Notes under the pieces: model-generated
What the model was told of the DNA's origin: nothing
What the model saw: only the letters and a program-made list of their open reading frames with translations
The model's database searches: none
In this document: one piece after another, positions 51,113 to 60,842 of the stretch
How the letters are laid out: each line of letters starts with the position of its first letter
How positions within the stretch are numbered: the stretch's first letter is position 1
Source: an uncultured candidate division Zixibacteria bacterium
GTDB taxonomy: Bacteria; Zixibacteria; MSB-5A5; GN15; FEB-12
DNA length: 64,000 bases
NCBI GenBank assembly: GCA_963735035.1
Contig: CAVTJJ010000003.1
Span: forward strand, 512,001-576,000
Direction: 5' to 3'
Translations under genes and position numbers: made by a program

Positions 51113-51637
51113 ATGGATGTCCAAGTTTGTACACTTGTAAAAGTTGTTGAGTACTTGGCCGGAAAGAAGCTAGATCTTACCGAATTCCCAGAACGGCTTT
51201 TTCTTCAAAAGGCCGTCTACTTGGCACAATTGGCACATGTCAATCTGGGTTACAGGTTCTCTTGGTACCGCCATGGGCCATATTCCTCGGATTTGGCCAA
51301 GACAGGCTTCCAGTATATGGAGAACCGCCAATACTACAACGAGCTTGTGGGAGAATATGTGCTCACTCAAGTTGGCCAAGCCCGACTGGATAAGATAAGA
51401 GCATTAGCTGACCATAACCCGGGGATGGAATTACCGCAGTGGATGGAATTGCTTGCTTCAATACACTACTTGAAATGGATAGCGTACCAGCCAAATCGGG
51501 ATGCTGTAACAGCCGAATCCGTCGGAGGCATCCTTAGGGAACATGGAAAAGAATTCTTGCCCGATCAAGTTAATGCAGCTTGGACGGAACTCGAGCGCAT
51601 AAACCTTATTGGTAACAAACTCCTTCCAGAATCATAG
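51113..51637 (+). CDS. YwgA / SocA-Panacea (DUF4065)-like protein
   Basis: R..LQKAVYL; Y.FSWYRHGPYSSDL; MELLASIHYL; GGAGG SD. Confidence 0.7.
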   Translation: MDVQVCTLVKVVEYLAGKKLDLTEFPERLFLQKAVYLAQLAHVNLGYRFSWYRHGPYSSDLAKTGFQYMENRQYYNELVGEYVLTQVGQARLDKIRALADHNPGMELPQWMELLASIHYLKWIAYQPNRDAVTAESVGGILREHGKEFLPDQVNAAWTELERINLIGNKLLPES

Positions 51638-51662
51638 GAGTTATTGAGAGGGGACTTCGGCC

Positions 51663-52982
51663 GTCAAATATTCCTACAAGGTCTTCAATGACCCAATTCA
51701 TGGGCCAATCGGCTTGTCAAAGCTCGAGACGCAGATAGTCAACACACCCACTTTTCAGCGTTTGAGAAATTTGCGACAGCTTGGCCTTGCGGAGTTTGTG
51801 TATCAGGGTGCAACTCACTCTCGATTAGCGCATTCGATTGGTGTTATGCACATAGTCTCAAGGATCGTCGAGGCAATCGAGTCAAACGGTCGGAAGACCG
51901 GCATAACTTCTCCTTTTGGGACAGAAGATCAATCCCGAAACAAACAGAAGTTGCGTCTTGCTGCGCTACTTCACGACATCGGCCACTATCCCCTATCGCA
52001 CGCCACCGAAAAAGTATTCTGGCGAGCAGCGAAAATACCTGACGATTCAATCTCTCCCCCCGCAACCTCGACTATCGAAATGCCGTTGAACGACATGGCA
52101 AGCGTTGTTAAGAATAAGAACGTTGACCATGAAGTCTTTGGTCGGTTTCTTGTTGAACGCCGCCCTGACATAGCGGACACGTTGCGCGGTGATGACTTTG
52201 ACCCCGAAGAAATCAGCAAGATCTTCACTGGGGAGACTGGTGCCAATGATCTTTACTCGCAACTTATCCACAGCACTCTCGACGCGGATCGGCTCGATTA
52301 CTTGCTCCGCGACTCACATTATGCGGGTGTACCTTATGGACACATCGACCTTAATTTCATTCTGTCGCAATTGATATATTGCCCTACAGAGCGAGTGATT
52401 GCGGTAGCCCATAAGGGCATTCCCGCATTGGAGCATTACTTGATCGGTAGATACTTCACATACAACAACGTCACATACCACAAGACGATCGTCGGTTTCG
52501 AGACTGTTGCGCAAGCTCTATATTACCAGATGTTCAAAGAAGGAAAGGTAATAGGTGACCTGTCCAGCCTGACGAAGGTTGCCCTTGGCGACTGGTTACC
52601 TCAATTCGATGACAGCTACTTCTGGGGGAGTATGCGCACATGGATTTCAGACGACGAGTACTTTCGCGATTTGAAGGAGAGCTTTACCGATAGGCGACCA
52701 TTGTGTGTGCTGTGTGAAGAGCGAAAGCTAGTTCCTTTTGACAACACTGATTCACACTTCCTCCTGAATCCTCAGCTTCCCTACAATCAGCGTTTCCAGG
52801 CACTTCTTGATCAGTACGGCATTCAACGGGATTGTATCGCGCTAATAAGGCGGGTTCGAAGCAAACCCGCCCTACAAGACTACCCGTTAATCTTCTTTTC
52901 TAAGAACTCAAACACTTCCGCCGTCTTCATCCGCGTCTGCTCCATGCTGTCGCGCTCACGAAGCGTCATCGTGTCGTCCTGA
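51663..52982 (+). CDS. HD-domain dNTP triphosphohydrolase-like protein (YwfO/SAMHD1-like); start non-canonical, 3' end probably truncated
   Basis: KVFNDPIHG; FQRLR..RQLG; HSRLAHSIG; LLHDIGH.PLSH; LDADRLDYLLRD; YHK. Confidence 0.8.
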   Translation, partial: VKYSYKVFNDPIHGPIGLSKLETQIVNTPTFQRLRNLRQLGLAEFVYQGATHSRLAHSIGVMHIVSRIVEAIESNGRKTGITSPFGTEDQSRNKQKLRLAALLHDIGHYPLSHATEKVFWRAAKIPDDSISPPATSTIEMPLNDMASVVKNKNVDHEVFGRFLVERRPDIADTLRGDDFDPEEISKIFTGETGANDLYSQLIHSTLDADRLDYLLRDSHYAGVPYGHIDLNFILSQLIYCPTERVIAVAHKGIPALEHYLIGRYFTYNNVTYHKTIVGFETVAQALYYQMFKEGKVIGDLSSLTKVALGDWLPQFDDSYFWGSMRTWISDDEYFRDLKESFTDRRPLCVLCEERKLVPFDNTDSHFLLNPQLPYNQRFQALLDQYGIQRDCIALIRRVRSKPALQDYPLIFFSKNSNTSAVFIRVCSMLSRSRSVIVSS

Positions 52983-54219
52983 AGCGTCTGGCCGTCGACC
53001 GTCACACAGTACGGCGTACCGGCTTCGTCCATGCGGGCGTAACGCCGTCCCACCGCGCCGGATTCATCGTAGAAGACTTTGAACTTCTTCTTGAGGTCGT
53101 GGTAGACCTTCTCGGCGTACTCCGGCATGCCCTCTTTCTTGACCAGCGGGAAGATCGCCACTTTGATCGGCGCGACTTTAGGTGACAGATGCAAGAACAC
53201 CCGCTTCTCACCTTTCACTTCGGCCTCGTCGTAGGCATCGACCAGAGATCGTCAGCAAGGTCCGATCGCATCCGGCCGAAGTCTCGATGATGTACGGAAT
53301 GAACTTTTCCGGGAAACGATCATCCTGATAGCGAAGGTCCTTGCCCGGATTCTTCCATGTGGCGCCGCAGATCGAAATCGGTCCGGTTGTGCACACCTTC
53401 GAGTTCCTGCCAGCCGAACGGGTATTCATATTCGACATCCCACGCCGCCTTGGCGTAGTGGGCCAGTTCGTCGGAAGCATGTTCGCGCCAGCGGAGTTTG
53501 GACATGTTGATGCCCAGCCCCTCGTACCACGCCCAGCGCTGTTCGCGCCAGTATTCCATCCACTTGGCATCTTCGCTCGGCTCGATGAAGAACTGCATTT
53601 CCATCTGCTCGAATTCGCGGGTCCGGAAAGTGAAATTGCCGGGCGTGATCTCGTTGCGGAACGCCTTGCCGATCTGGGCGATACCGAACGGGATCTTCTG
53701 ACGCGATGAATTCTTGACGTTCAGGAAATTGACATAGATACCCTGCGCGGTTTCCGGACGAAGATAGATTTCCGATGAGGAATCTTCGACCGGTCCCATG
53801 TGGGTCTTGAACATCAGGTTGAAATTGCGTACCTCGGTCAACTCGCCGCCGCATTCGAGCGGAGATTTCGACGGTTTCATCGGACAGCGGGACTCGGCCA
53901 GCTTGTCGGCGCGGAACCGCGCCTTGCACGTCTTGCAGTCGACCATCGGGTCGTTGAACTCGGCGACGTGTCCCGACGTGCGCCAGACCTGCGGATGCAT
54001 GAGAATGGCGGCGTCGAGGCCTTCGATATCGTCACGGCGGGCGGTCATGGCCTCCCACCAGTAGGTTTTCAGATTGCGTTTCAGTTCCGCGCCGAGCGGC
54101 CCGTAGTCCCAGCAGGACGTAAGTCCGCCGTAGATTTCGGACGACGGGAAAATGTAGCCGCGTCGCTTGCACAGGGAGACGAGTTTTTCCATCGTGTCGT
54201 TGGTTTTCTCAGAGCCCAT
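52880..54219 (-). CDS. glyQS: Glycine--tRNA ligase (alpha2 type), split by two +1 frameshifts near 53345 and 53246
   Basis: [55 protein letters not shown] spread over three frames. Confidence 0.92.
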
Positions 54220-54234
54220 AGTCGATCCTAATCC

Positions 54235-55026
54235 TCAACTCAGTTGACTGCTCTTCAGTTTATCAAGAAACTCCAGCGACTTGATATCCGAAACCAGCCC
54301 TGAATGGTGCTTGACGAACTTGGTTAGTGTGTCTACCAGGAGAGTGGCCTCCTGGAAGCCGAGCGGCACGGTCGCCGCCTCGTCCAGTGACGCCCGCTGC
54401 AGCACCGAAAGCAGACGGGCCTGCTGAACCGAAAGGCCAATATAATACTCGCCCGGCTTTTGGCAAGACGGACAGATCAGGCCGCCCCGCTCCGCCGAGA
54501 ACATCAACTTCCCCCCCGTTGGAGCAATTTCCTCCTGCCCTTTGCTGCAACCGGTGCAGTACGCCAGCGACGGATGGTACCCCAGCTGCGACATGGTACG
54601 GAGAAAGAAGCTGATAAACAGCGCCGGCAGGAACTGTTTCTCCTGCTCGGCTATCTTGTCGAGAAAACGGAGAAAATAGACAAACAACGCGGGTTGAGGT
54701 TCGCCCTCCGGCAAGAGCAACCAGAGCAATTCAGAGGCAGCCGATCCATAAGCCAGTCGTCCGAGCGAACCGGATTTCTCGAGAGAAAACTCGCGGATAA
54801 TATCGCAGTCACGAAGATAGGCCGAGACCTGTTTCTCCGACTTGTAGAAGGTCACTTCGAGATGCGCGAACGGCATCAGCCGTCCCCGTTTCGATTTGGC
54901 CGAACGACCTCCCTTGTCCACCAGCGCCACCTTGCCGAACCGTGCGGTGAAAAAGACGGCGGTCCGGGAAGACTCCGACCAATTGTATGTTTTGAGAACG
55001 ACCGCTTCGGATTTTTCCAGAGCCAT
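54235..55026 (-). CDS. recO: DNA repair protein RecO
   Basis: EAVVLK...WSESSR; KGGR..KS; LGYHP...CTGC...GGLICPSC; adjacent to glyQS. Confidence 0.92.
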   Translation of the reverse strand: MALEKSEAVVLKTYNWSESSRTAVFFTARFGKVALVDKGGRSAKSKRGRLMPFAHLEVTFYKSEKQVSAYLRDCDIIREFSLEKSGSLGRLAYGSAASELLWLLLPEGEPQPALFVYFLRFLDKIAEQEKQFLPALFISFFLRTMSQLGYHPSLAYCTGCSKGQEEIAPTGGKLMFSAERGGLICPSCQKPGEYYIGLSVQQARLLSVLQRASLDEAATVPLGFQEATLLVDTLTKFVKHHSGLVSDIKSLEFLDKLKSSQLS

Positions 55027-55031
55027 GACGG

Positions 55032-55397
55032 TTACCGGGTGCGGTAACGATAGACGGTCTCGTTGGGACGAACCATGAAGTAGCGGGTGCGGGCCACCTG
55101 CTCGATATAGACCGGATCGTTGTCGAGCATGTTACGCACCCGGGTGGCGTCGATGAGGTCGGCCGCCAGGTTACGATTGGTCTCGACCAGCGCCTGTTTC
55201 TTCAGATTCAAACGCACGATGCGCGGTACGCTATACGGCCCGATCAGAAGTCCGTAGGCGAACAACACGGCCAAACCCCAGAGACCTATTTGAAGAAGGC
55301 GACGACGAAACCGACTGTCGGAATTCGACAGACGCTTCAAGAGGTCTCCGGCCGGGGCCAGGAGCGACGGCCTTCTCTGACGGGCTTTACGCAGCAT
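55032..55397 (-). CDS. Septum formation initiator (FtsB/DivIC family)
   Basis: TM, coiled coil, then D..YIEQVARTRYFMVRPNE. Confidence 0.85.
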   Translation of the reverse strand: MLRKARQRRPSLLAPAGDLLKRLSNSDSRFRRRLLQIGLWGLAVLFAYGLLIGPYSVPRIVRLNLKKQALVETNRNLAADLIDATRVRNMLDNDPVYIEQVARTRYFMVRPNETVYRYRTR

Positions 55398-55442
55398 GGT
55401 GCTTAGAAACGATCAGAACGGTCGGCAAGCAACAAAAACGTG

Positions 55443-55986
55443 CTAAAAGAGTCGCGGGAATCGTAAGGTGGGTGGCAGTTCGGTTTCGAAATAACCAAGT
55501 TCGGTGCCATAGCGATCATACCGGTCTTTTTCTATAGCCGAAACCCCGGCCAGTTTCCAAGCCGATTTGACCCGTCGGAAGAGCAGGAAGGTGTAGCGGA
55601 TCCGTTCGACGTTAGCACCGATGTGGGAGGCTTCGCCGGCCAGGGCGATTCGGGCAAACGGCGGCTCTACGGTCAGGTCTTCCAGAAGGAGCGTATCCGG
55701 GTTGGGCCAGCCCCCGAAGCGGGCTTCCAGGTACGGCGTCAAGCCGGAAACCCCGTACAGTTTGCGGGCGGATTTGAAGCGTCGGGCCTCGGCGCTATCG
55801 AGAAAACCAGCCAGTTCATCCGGGCGATTGGAGAGCGCCGCCTTTTGCAGGTCACGAAAGATAGTAACCAGGGTGTCAACCAGAGGCGGTTTTGCGGGTG
55901 CTGGCCGAGGTCTGGTTCAGCCCACGATGAGAGCACGCCCCCAACAGAACAAACACCGGAATCAACCAAAGCAGGTTCTTTCTCAG
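55443..55986 (-). CDS. Hypothetical lipoprotein with a CTG start and a +1 frameshift near 55890
   Basis: AAGGAGG-N6-CTG; RKNLLWLIPVFVLLGAC lipobox; removing one A from AAAA joins it to the 55443-55742 ORF. Confidence 0.65.
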
Positions 55987-56101
55987 ACCTTACCTCCTTG
56001 CCTTCTATTAACTTATCGGCAGAAAGGATCACCCCCCTTGAGGGTCATATTTTGTTTGTTGCTCGATGGCAGTTGTTGGCCGATATAGACTTACAGAGAC
56101 T

Positions 56102-57238
56102 ATGGCTACAAACACCCGCTCACGCCACTCGACAAAACCGAAATACTTGCGCCCGATCCTGCTGGTTGCAGTAGGGTTGTTACTGGCCGGAGCGGCGCTG
56201 GCAAACACCAATTGCCAGTATTGCGGAAAGGTCATTGATGACGAGTACGTCGAGTACAACAACCAACTTTACCACCCCGCCTGCTACCACCAGCACGTCG
56301 CCCCTCGCTGCGCTCTATGCGGCAAGGAAATCGATGGTGGCGGCATCACGTACGAGGGCAAGAATTACCATAGTAGCTGCTACAAGGATCAGGTCGCCCC
56401 ACGCTGTGCTCTCTGTGGGAAGGAAATCGAAGACGGCGGGATCATTTTCGAAGGAAAACATTATCACAAGCAATGCTACGAAGACAATGTGGCGCTTCGC
56501 TGCAGCGTCTGCGGCGGGATTATCGAAGGTGAGTACCTGATCGACCATTGGGGTAACAAGTATCACAAGGTCCACGAGAAGGAAATCGCCAGTTGTTCGT
56601 TCTGCGGACGGCTGTTCACCGATCCACTCGCCGGCGGCGGGATAGTGCTCGACGCTACCCACAAAATCTGCAATGCCTGCAACCAGACGGCCATCTCGAA
56701 TCTCGAAACGGCGCAACCCCTGATAGACCAGAGCTTGGACCTTCTTGCCAAAGTCGGGATCACGGTCAAACCAAAGTCCTTCAAGTTCAAGCTGGTCACC
56801 CGGGAGGAGTTGGGAAGTCTGACCGGGCAGGACAACCCGGATCAGTTCGGCCTGACCCACTACAAGAAGACCGAATACCTGGGCTTCCTTGAAGACAAGA
56901 AGCTGGTGGTCTATATCATTGACGGGTTGCCTCGGATGCATTTCATCTCGGCCGCCGCCCACGAACTGATGCATGTCTGGTTGTTTCTCAACTCCCGCTA
57001 CGATCCTGACGTCGCCGATCCGCAGATGATTGAAGGTAGCTGCAACGGTGCAGCGCAACTGGTGCTTCGGCAACTCGACGATGACATGGCCAGGTATGTT
57101 GTTCAGCAGATGGAAGAAGAGAAGAGCGTTGTTTACGGCGGCGGATTCCGTCGGGTCGAGAAGCTCATCGATAACCGGGGTGTGGAGTATTGGCTTCAGC
57201 ATCTGCGGTTGGACCCGGAATTTCCGATCGGGTATTGA
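56102..57238 (+). CDS. Secreted LIM-like zinc-finger repeat + DA1-like metallopeptidase
   Basis: Signal peptide; four 32-aa CxxC-x16-HxxC/H repeats; CxxC...CxxC; AHELMHVWL; EGSCN; YGGGFR. Confidence 0.8.
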   Translation: MATNTRSRHSTKPKYLRPILLVAVGLLLAGAALANTNCQYCGKVIDDEYVEYNNQLYHPACYHQHVAPRCALCGKEIDGGGITYEGKNYHSSCYKDQVAPRCALCGKEIEDGGIIFEGKHYHKQCYEDNVALRCSVCGGIIEGEYLIDHWGNKYHKVHEKEIASCSFCGRLFTDPLAGGGIVLDATHKICNACNQTAISNLETAQPLIDQSLDLLAKVGITVKPKSFKFKLVTREELGSLTGQDNPDQFGLTHYKKTEYLGFLEDKKLVVYIIDGLPRMHFISAAAHELMHVWLFLNSRYDPDVADPQMIEGSCNGAAQLVLRQLDDDMARYVVQQMEEEKSVVYGGGFRRVEKLIDNRGVEYWLQHLRLDPEFPIGY

Positions 57239-57301
57239 GTGACGGGGGTGCCGGGTGCAAAATGATGCGACAAGTGTTATGAGAACCAACGGTGAGTACT
57301 G

Positions 57302-57727
57302 ATGTGGCGTTCAATCTTTAAGCCCCGTCCAGAGGCTGAGCTTGAGCTTGAGCGTCAACGTACGCTGTGGTTGCTTGACCTTGTTGTGGGAACTGTGTAT
57401 TGCATACCGATGATGGCGGCGCTCATGGAGCTGCAAGGTTATTGGGTGAATGTCTTCTGGGGTGCCTCTGTGCCAGCCATGGCCGGGGCTTGCACAGCCT
57501 ATCTCATCAAGTGGGCCATGTTTCGAAAACGGAGAAGGTATCCGAGAACGCTATTCGCTCTACTCCTTCTCATATTCAATCTTTGGATTATGCAGTTCAC
57601 GCCGCCGGCTGTGGACCCATCAGCGTTAAGTAGGTGGTTGAAAGGTGTGTTTATTGTGTTTCTGATTTGGGGGTTGACCCGTTCCTTTGGAGTACCCATA
57701 GAGGGAAGGAGTCGGCGCAGCTCATGA
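57302..57727 (+). CDS. Low-GC 4-TM hypothetical membrane protein
   Basis: Four hydrophobic segments in a 141-codon ORF. Confidence 0.55.
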   Translation: MWRSIFKPRPEAELELERQRTLWLLDLVVGTVYCIPMMAALMELQGYWVNVFWGASVPAMAGACTAYLIKWAMFRKRRRYPRTLFALLLLIFNLWIMQFTPPAVDPSALSRWLKGVFIVFLIWGLTRSFGVPIEGRSRRSS

Positions 57728-57959
57728 ATTATCAGAACGCGGGACGTTGGCAGTACTGCAGCCCCAATTATCTTGTAGCCGGGTGCCCACAAATAAGTCA
57801 GGCTGAGCCTGTCGAAGCCTGGCTTACTTGCACATCATAAGTCACACTTCGACAGGCTCAGTGTGACTTAGAAGCCGGGTACCCTCAAACCGCCCATGCC
57901 ACGGAACCGCCCGGAAACTATCCTCTGGATATCTCACCCCCTCAGGCGTATAATGGGGC

Positions 57960-59057
57960 GTGGATAGTGCTACCCTCGAAAAGAAAGCCGAAGAACTCAC
58001 GACCCTGGCCGCCGACCTGTTCATAGTCGACGCCTACTACCTCCATCAAAAGCAGGTGGTCCTGAGCCTTCGCTATCGTTTTGAGTCCCAGAAGTCGCTC
58101 GCTCTCCTGAAAGACCGGCTAAAACTGGCGGGTTACCGCCATACTCTGAGCACTCACGAAGACAGCCTGCTCTTGTCGGTCAACCCGGAGCGGCAGTTAC
58201 GCATCCCGGTGCTGAACGTCGTCCTGTTCCTCGTGACCCTGGCGTCGGTTTATTTCGTTCCGGTCTACTACTTCAATGTTGAAATCTACGGCTTCGGCGG
58301 GGCGTTTCGTCACGCCTTGAGCGATTTGGCCGCCGGTCGCGGTTTGCAGTTTACGGCCGCTTTGATGTCCATTCTGTTGGTGCATGAAATGGGGCATTTC
58401 ATAGCAGGTCGAAGACGGGGCATTGTCACATCCTGGCCTTATTTCATCCCGGCGCCGAATTTTATCGGCACGTTCGGGGCGGTCATTAGGTCGAAGTCGC
58501 CGTTTTGGAACCGTCGTGATTTGATTGAAGTTGGCGCGACCGGACCCATTGCCGGCTGGCTGGTAGCCCTGGCCTGGCTGATCTACGGACTGACGAATTC
58601 CCAAATTCTGCCACCCAACGCGGCTCCGTTCTCGGGCATGGGTTTTTCTTTACAGGGAGAATCAATTCTGGTCAGGCTTCTGGTACCCTCGCTCATAGGC
58701 CCGTCCGGACCCAACACGTTATATCTGTTTTCCGAGGCGGCTTTCGCCGGATGGGTGGGTATGCTGGTAACGGCGCTGAACATGATGCCGATCGGTCAGT
58801 TCGACGGCGGTCATGTTATCTACGGTTTGGTCGGGAAACGTCAGGCGGTTCTCGGCTGGATAGCTCTGGCGGCTTTGGTTGCGCTGGGATTTCAGTCGCC
58901 GGCCTGGTGGGTGTTTGCGGCTCTTGGATTTGCCATGGGGGTAGCTCATCCTCCGACTCTGGATGATCGCAAACCGATGCCGATAGGGGCCTACCTGTGG
59001 GGATTGGCGGCGGTGGTGATTCTGATTCTTTCGTTTACGCCTGTGCCGTTTCAGTAG
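57960..59057 (+). CDS. Site-2 protease (M50)
   Basis: VHEMGH; GTFGAVI; GPIAG; NMMPIGQFDGGH. Confidence 0.92.
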   Translation: MDSATLEKKAEELTTLAADLFIVDAYYLHQKQVVLSLRYRFESQKSLALLKDRLKLAGYRHTLSTHEDSLLLSVNPERQLRIPVLNVVLFLVTLASVYFVPVYYFNVEIYGFGGAFRHALSDLAAGRGLQFTAALMSILLVHEMGHFIAGRRRGIVTSWPYFIPAPNFIGTFGAVIRSKSPFWNRRDLIEVGATGPIAGWLVALAWLIYGLTNSQILPPNAAPFSGMGFSLQGESILVRLLVPSLIGPSGPNTLYLFSEAAFAGWVGMLVTALNMMPIGQFDGGHVIYGLVGKRQAVLGWIALAALVALGFQSPAWWVFAALGFAMGVAHPPTLDDRKPMPIGAYLWGLAAVVILILSFTPVPFQ

Positions 59058-60552
59058 ACAAAGCCTGGCCGAGACAGCCCATATCCTCGTCGCGTCCGTA
59101 CAACTGACGCAAATCCACCACCCCTGAATTGAGCACCGTGAGAAATGCTTTGACAAGAAATGGGTCGAACTGAGTGCCGATGTTCTCGGTCAGTTCGCGC
59201 ACGGCGACATGAAGCGCCGCTCCGACACGATACGGTCGGTCGGACATGACGGCATCGAAAGTGTCGGTTACCGCCAGCAAACGGCCTTCGATCGGTATCT
59301 CGTCCCCTTTCAGACCACGGGGATAACCGCTCCCGTCGTACCGCTCATGGTGAGCAATGATATAGGGGATGGACGGGCGGAAAAGGTCAATACCACGAAT
59401 GATCTTCAAACCGAGTTCGGGGTGCTTCATCATCATCTTGCGCTCGGGCTCGGTCAACAGACCGGACTTGTTCAGGATAGCGTCGGGAACGCCAATCTTG
59501 CCGATGTCATGCAGAGTACACCCCATGCGCAGCGCATGGATTTGCTTTTCGCGCCAGCCCAAATGATGCGCCACCAGTTCGGCCAGCTTGGTCACCCGGT
59601 CGGTATGACCGGCGGTATAGTGGTCTCGCGCTTCAATGGCGTTGGTCAAGGCGCGAATGGCCTGAAAATACGACTGCTGCAAATCTTCGTAGAGCTTCTG
59701 ATTCGCGAGCGCCGACGCCGCCGAACTGGCCAGCAATGCGAGAGCGTCGAGTTGCCCGGCGGGCACTGTATCCTGACGGGAAATAATGAGCGCGTTGATC
59801 ACCCCGGTAAGCGTGCGCCGGATCGTAATCGGTTGGCTTATAGTGATCCGATAGCGACTGTTACCGTCGACCAACCATGGTTCGACACTGACCAGGGGCA
59901 CGGTGTTGCCGCTGCCGCTGAACTGATCCAGCAGACGGGAATCCAAAACCGTGTCGCGCTCGTCCGGTTCGGAGCAGGCGGCCACCTGGCGAACGATTTC
60001 CCCGGAACGCGGATCAACTTCCAGAATGGCTGAGGCCACCGCCGACAGTTCGGTGTTGCACGATCGGAGCAACAACTCCATATAGTGTTCGAACTCCATC
60101 CCCGAACCAAAATAGGCGTTGGTTACTCTCAAGAATTCGACCTGTCCCTTGAGCGACAGGTTATCCCGAAGCACTTTCTGATGCGCCAGCCCGCGCTCGA
60201 CCGTCTGGTTCAGAATTTCCAATTTGAAAGGCTTCACCAGAAAATCATGCGCGCCCCGCTTCAAGACCGCGATGGCCGTCTCGACCGTGGGATGCGCGGT
60301 CATGAGCACTACGATGGCGTCGGGGTAGTTTTCCAGCGCGGCTTCGAGAACCTGCAGGCCGGAGCATTCCCCCATCATCAGATCGGTAAGGACAAGATCC
60401 ACCGGATTGGCAGACAGATAGTCGATGGCTCTGGCCGCCTCACTGAAAGCAACGATGTCGTAATTCGCCTGACTAAGAGACTCGACGACTATCTTGCAGA
60501 TGTACTGCTCGTCGTCGACCACCATAATCCGGCTCTTGCGATCGTGCACCAT
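59035..60552 (-). CDS. REC-GAF-HD-GYP c-di-GMP phosphodiesterase response regulator
   Basis: VVDDE, TDLMM, KPF; EARD.YT.GH; LHDIGKIG; HHERYDGSGYP; GAAAGGA SD. Confidence 0.92.
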   Translation of the reverse strand: MVHDRKSRIMVVDDEQYICKIVVESLSQANYDIVAFSEAARAIDYLSANPVDLVLTDLMMGECSGLQVLEAALENYPDAIVVLMTAHPTVETAIAVLKRGAHDFLVKPFKLEILNQTVERGLAHQKVLRDNLSLKGQVEFLRVTNAYFGSGMEFEHYMELLLRSCNTELSAVASAILEVDPRSGEIVRQVAACSEPDERDTVLDSRLLDQFSGSGNTVPLVSVEPWLVDGNSRYRITISQPITIRRTLTGVINALIISRQDTVPAGQLDALALLASSAASALANQKLYEDLQQSYFQAIRALTNAIEARDHYTAGHTDRVTKLAELVAHHLGWREKQIHALRMGCTLHDIGKIGVPDAILNKSGLLTEPERKMMMKHPELGLKIIRGIDLFRPSIPYIIAHHERYDGSGYPRGLKGDEIPIEGRLLAVTDTFDAVMSDRPYRVGAALHVAVRELTENIGTQFDPFLVKAFLTVLNSGVVDLRQLYGRDEDMGCLGQALSTETAQA

Positions 60553-60842
60553 GCTTGTCCTTTCTGTAGTCCGGTCGCTCTTTTTATCGACCACCCGGCT
60601 TGATGTCTCAGCACCTGACCCCGGTTTGTCCAATAATTGCGCTTGGCCGGAGTCAGAGTATTGGCAAGAGTCCCGTTATCCGCACCGTGAGCCGTTTCTG
60701 AACGAATCGGGTGGGGACTAAGTCGGCCGTCGGAGGGGCTTCCCCCATAGATCTCATCGACTCGAGCAAGGGTTCAAGGAAAGGGGGTGAAGTTTCGATA
60801 AGTATATGAGGAAGAAGGTTCAAACCTTTAAGGAGACGTTTC

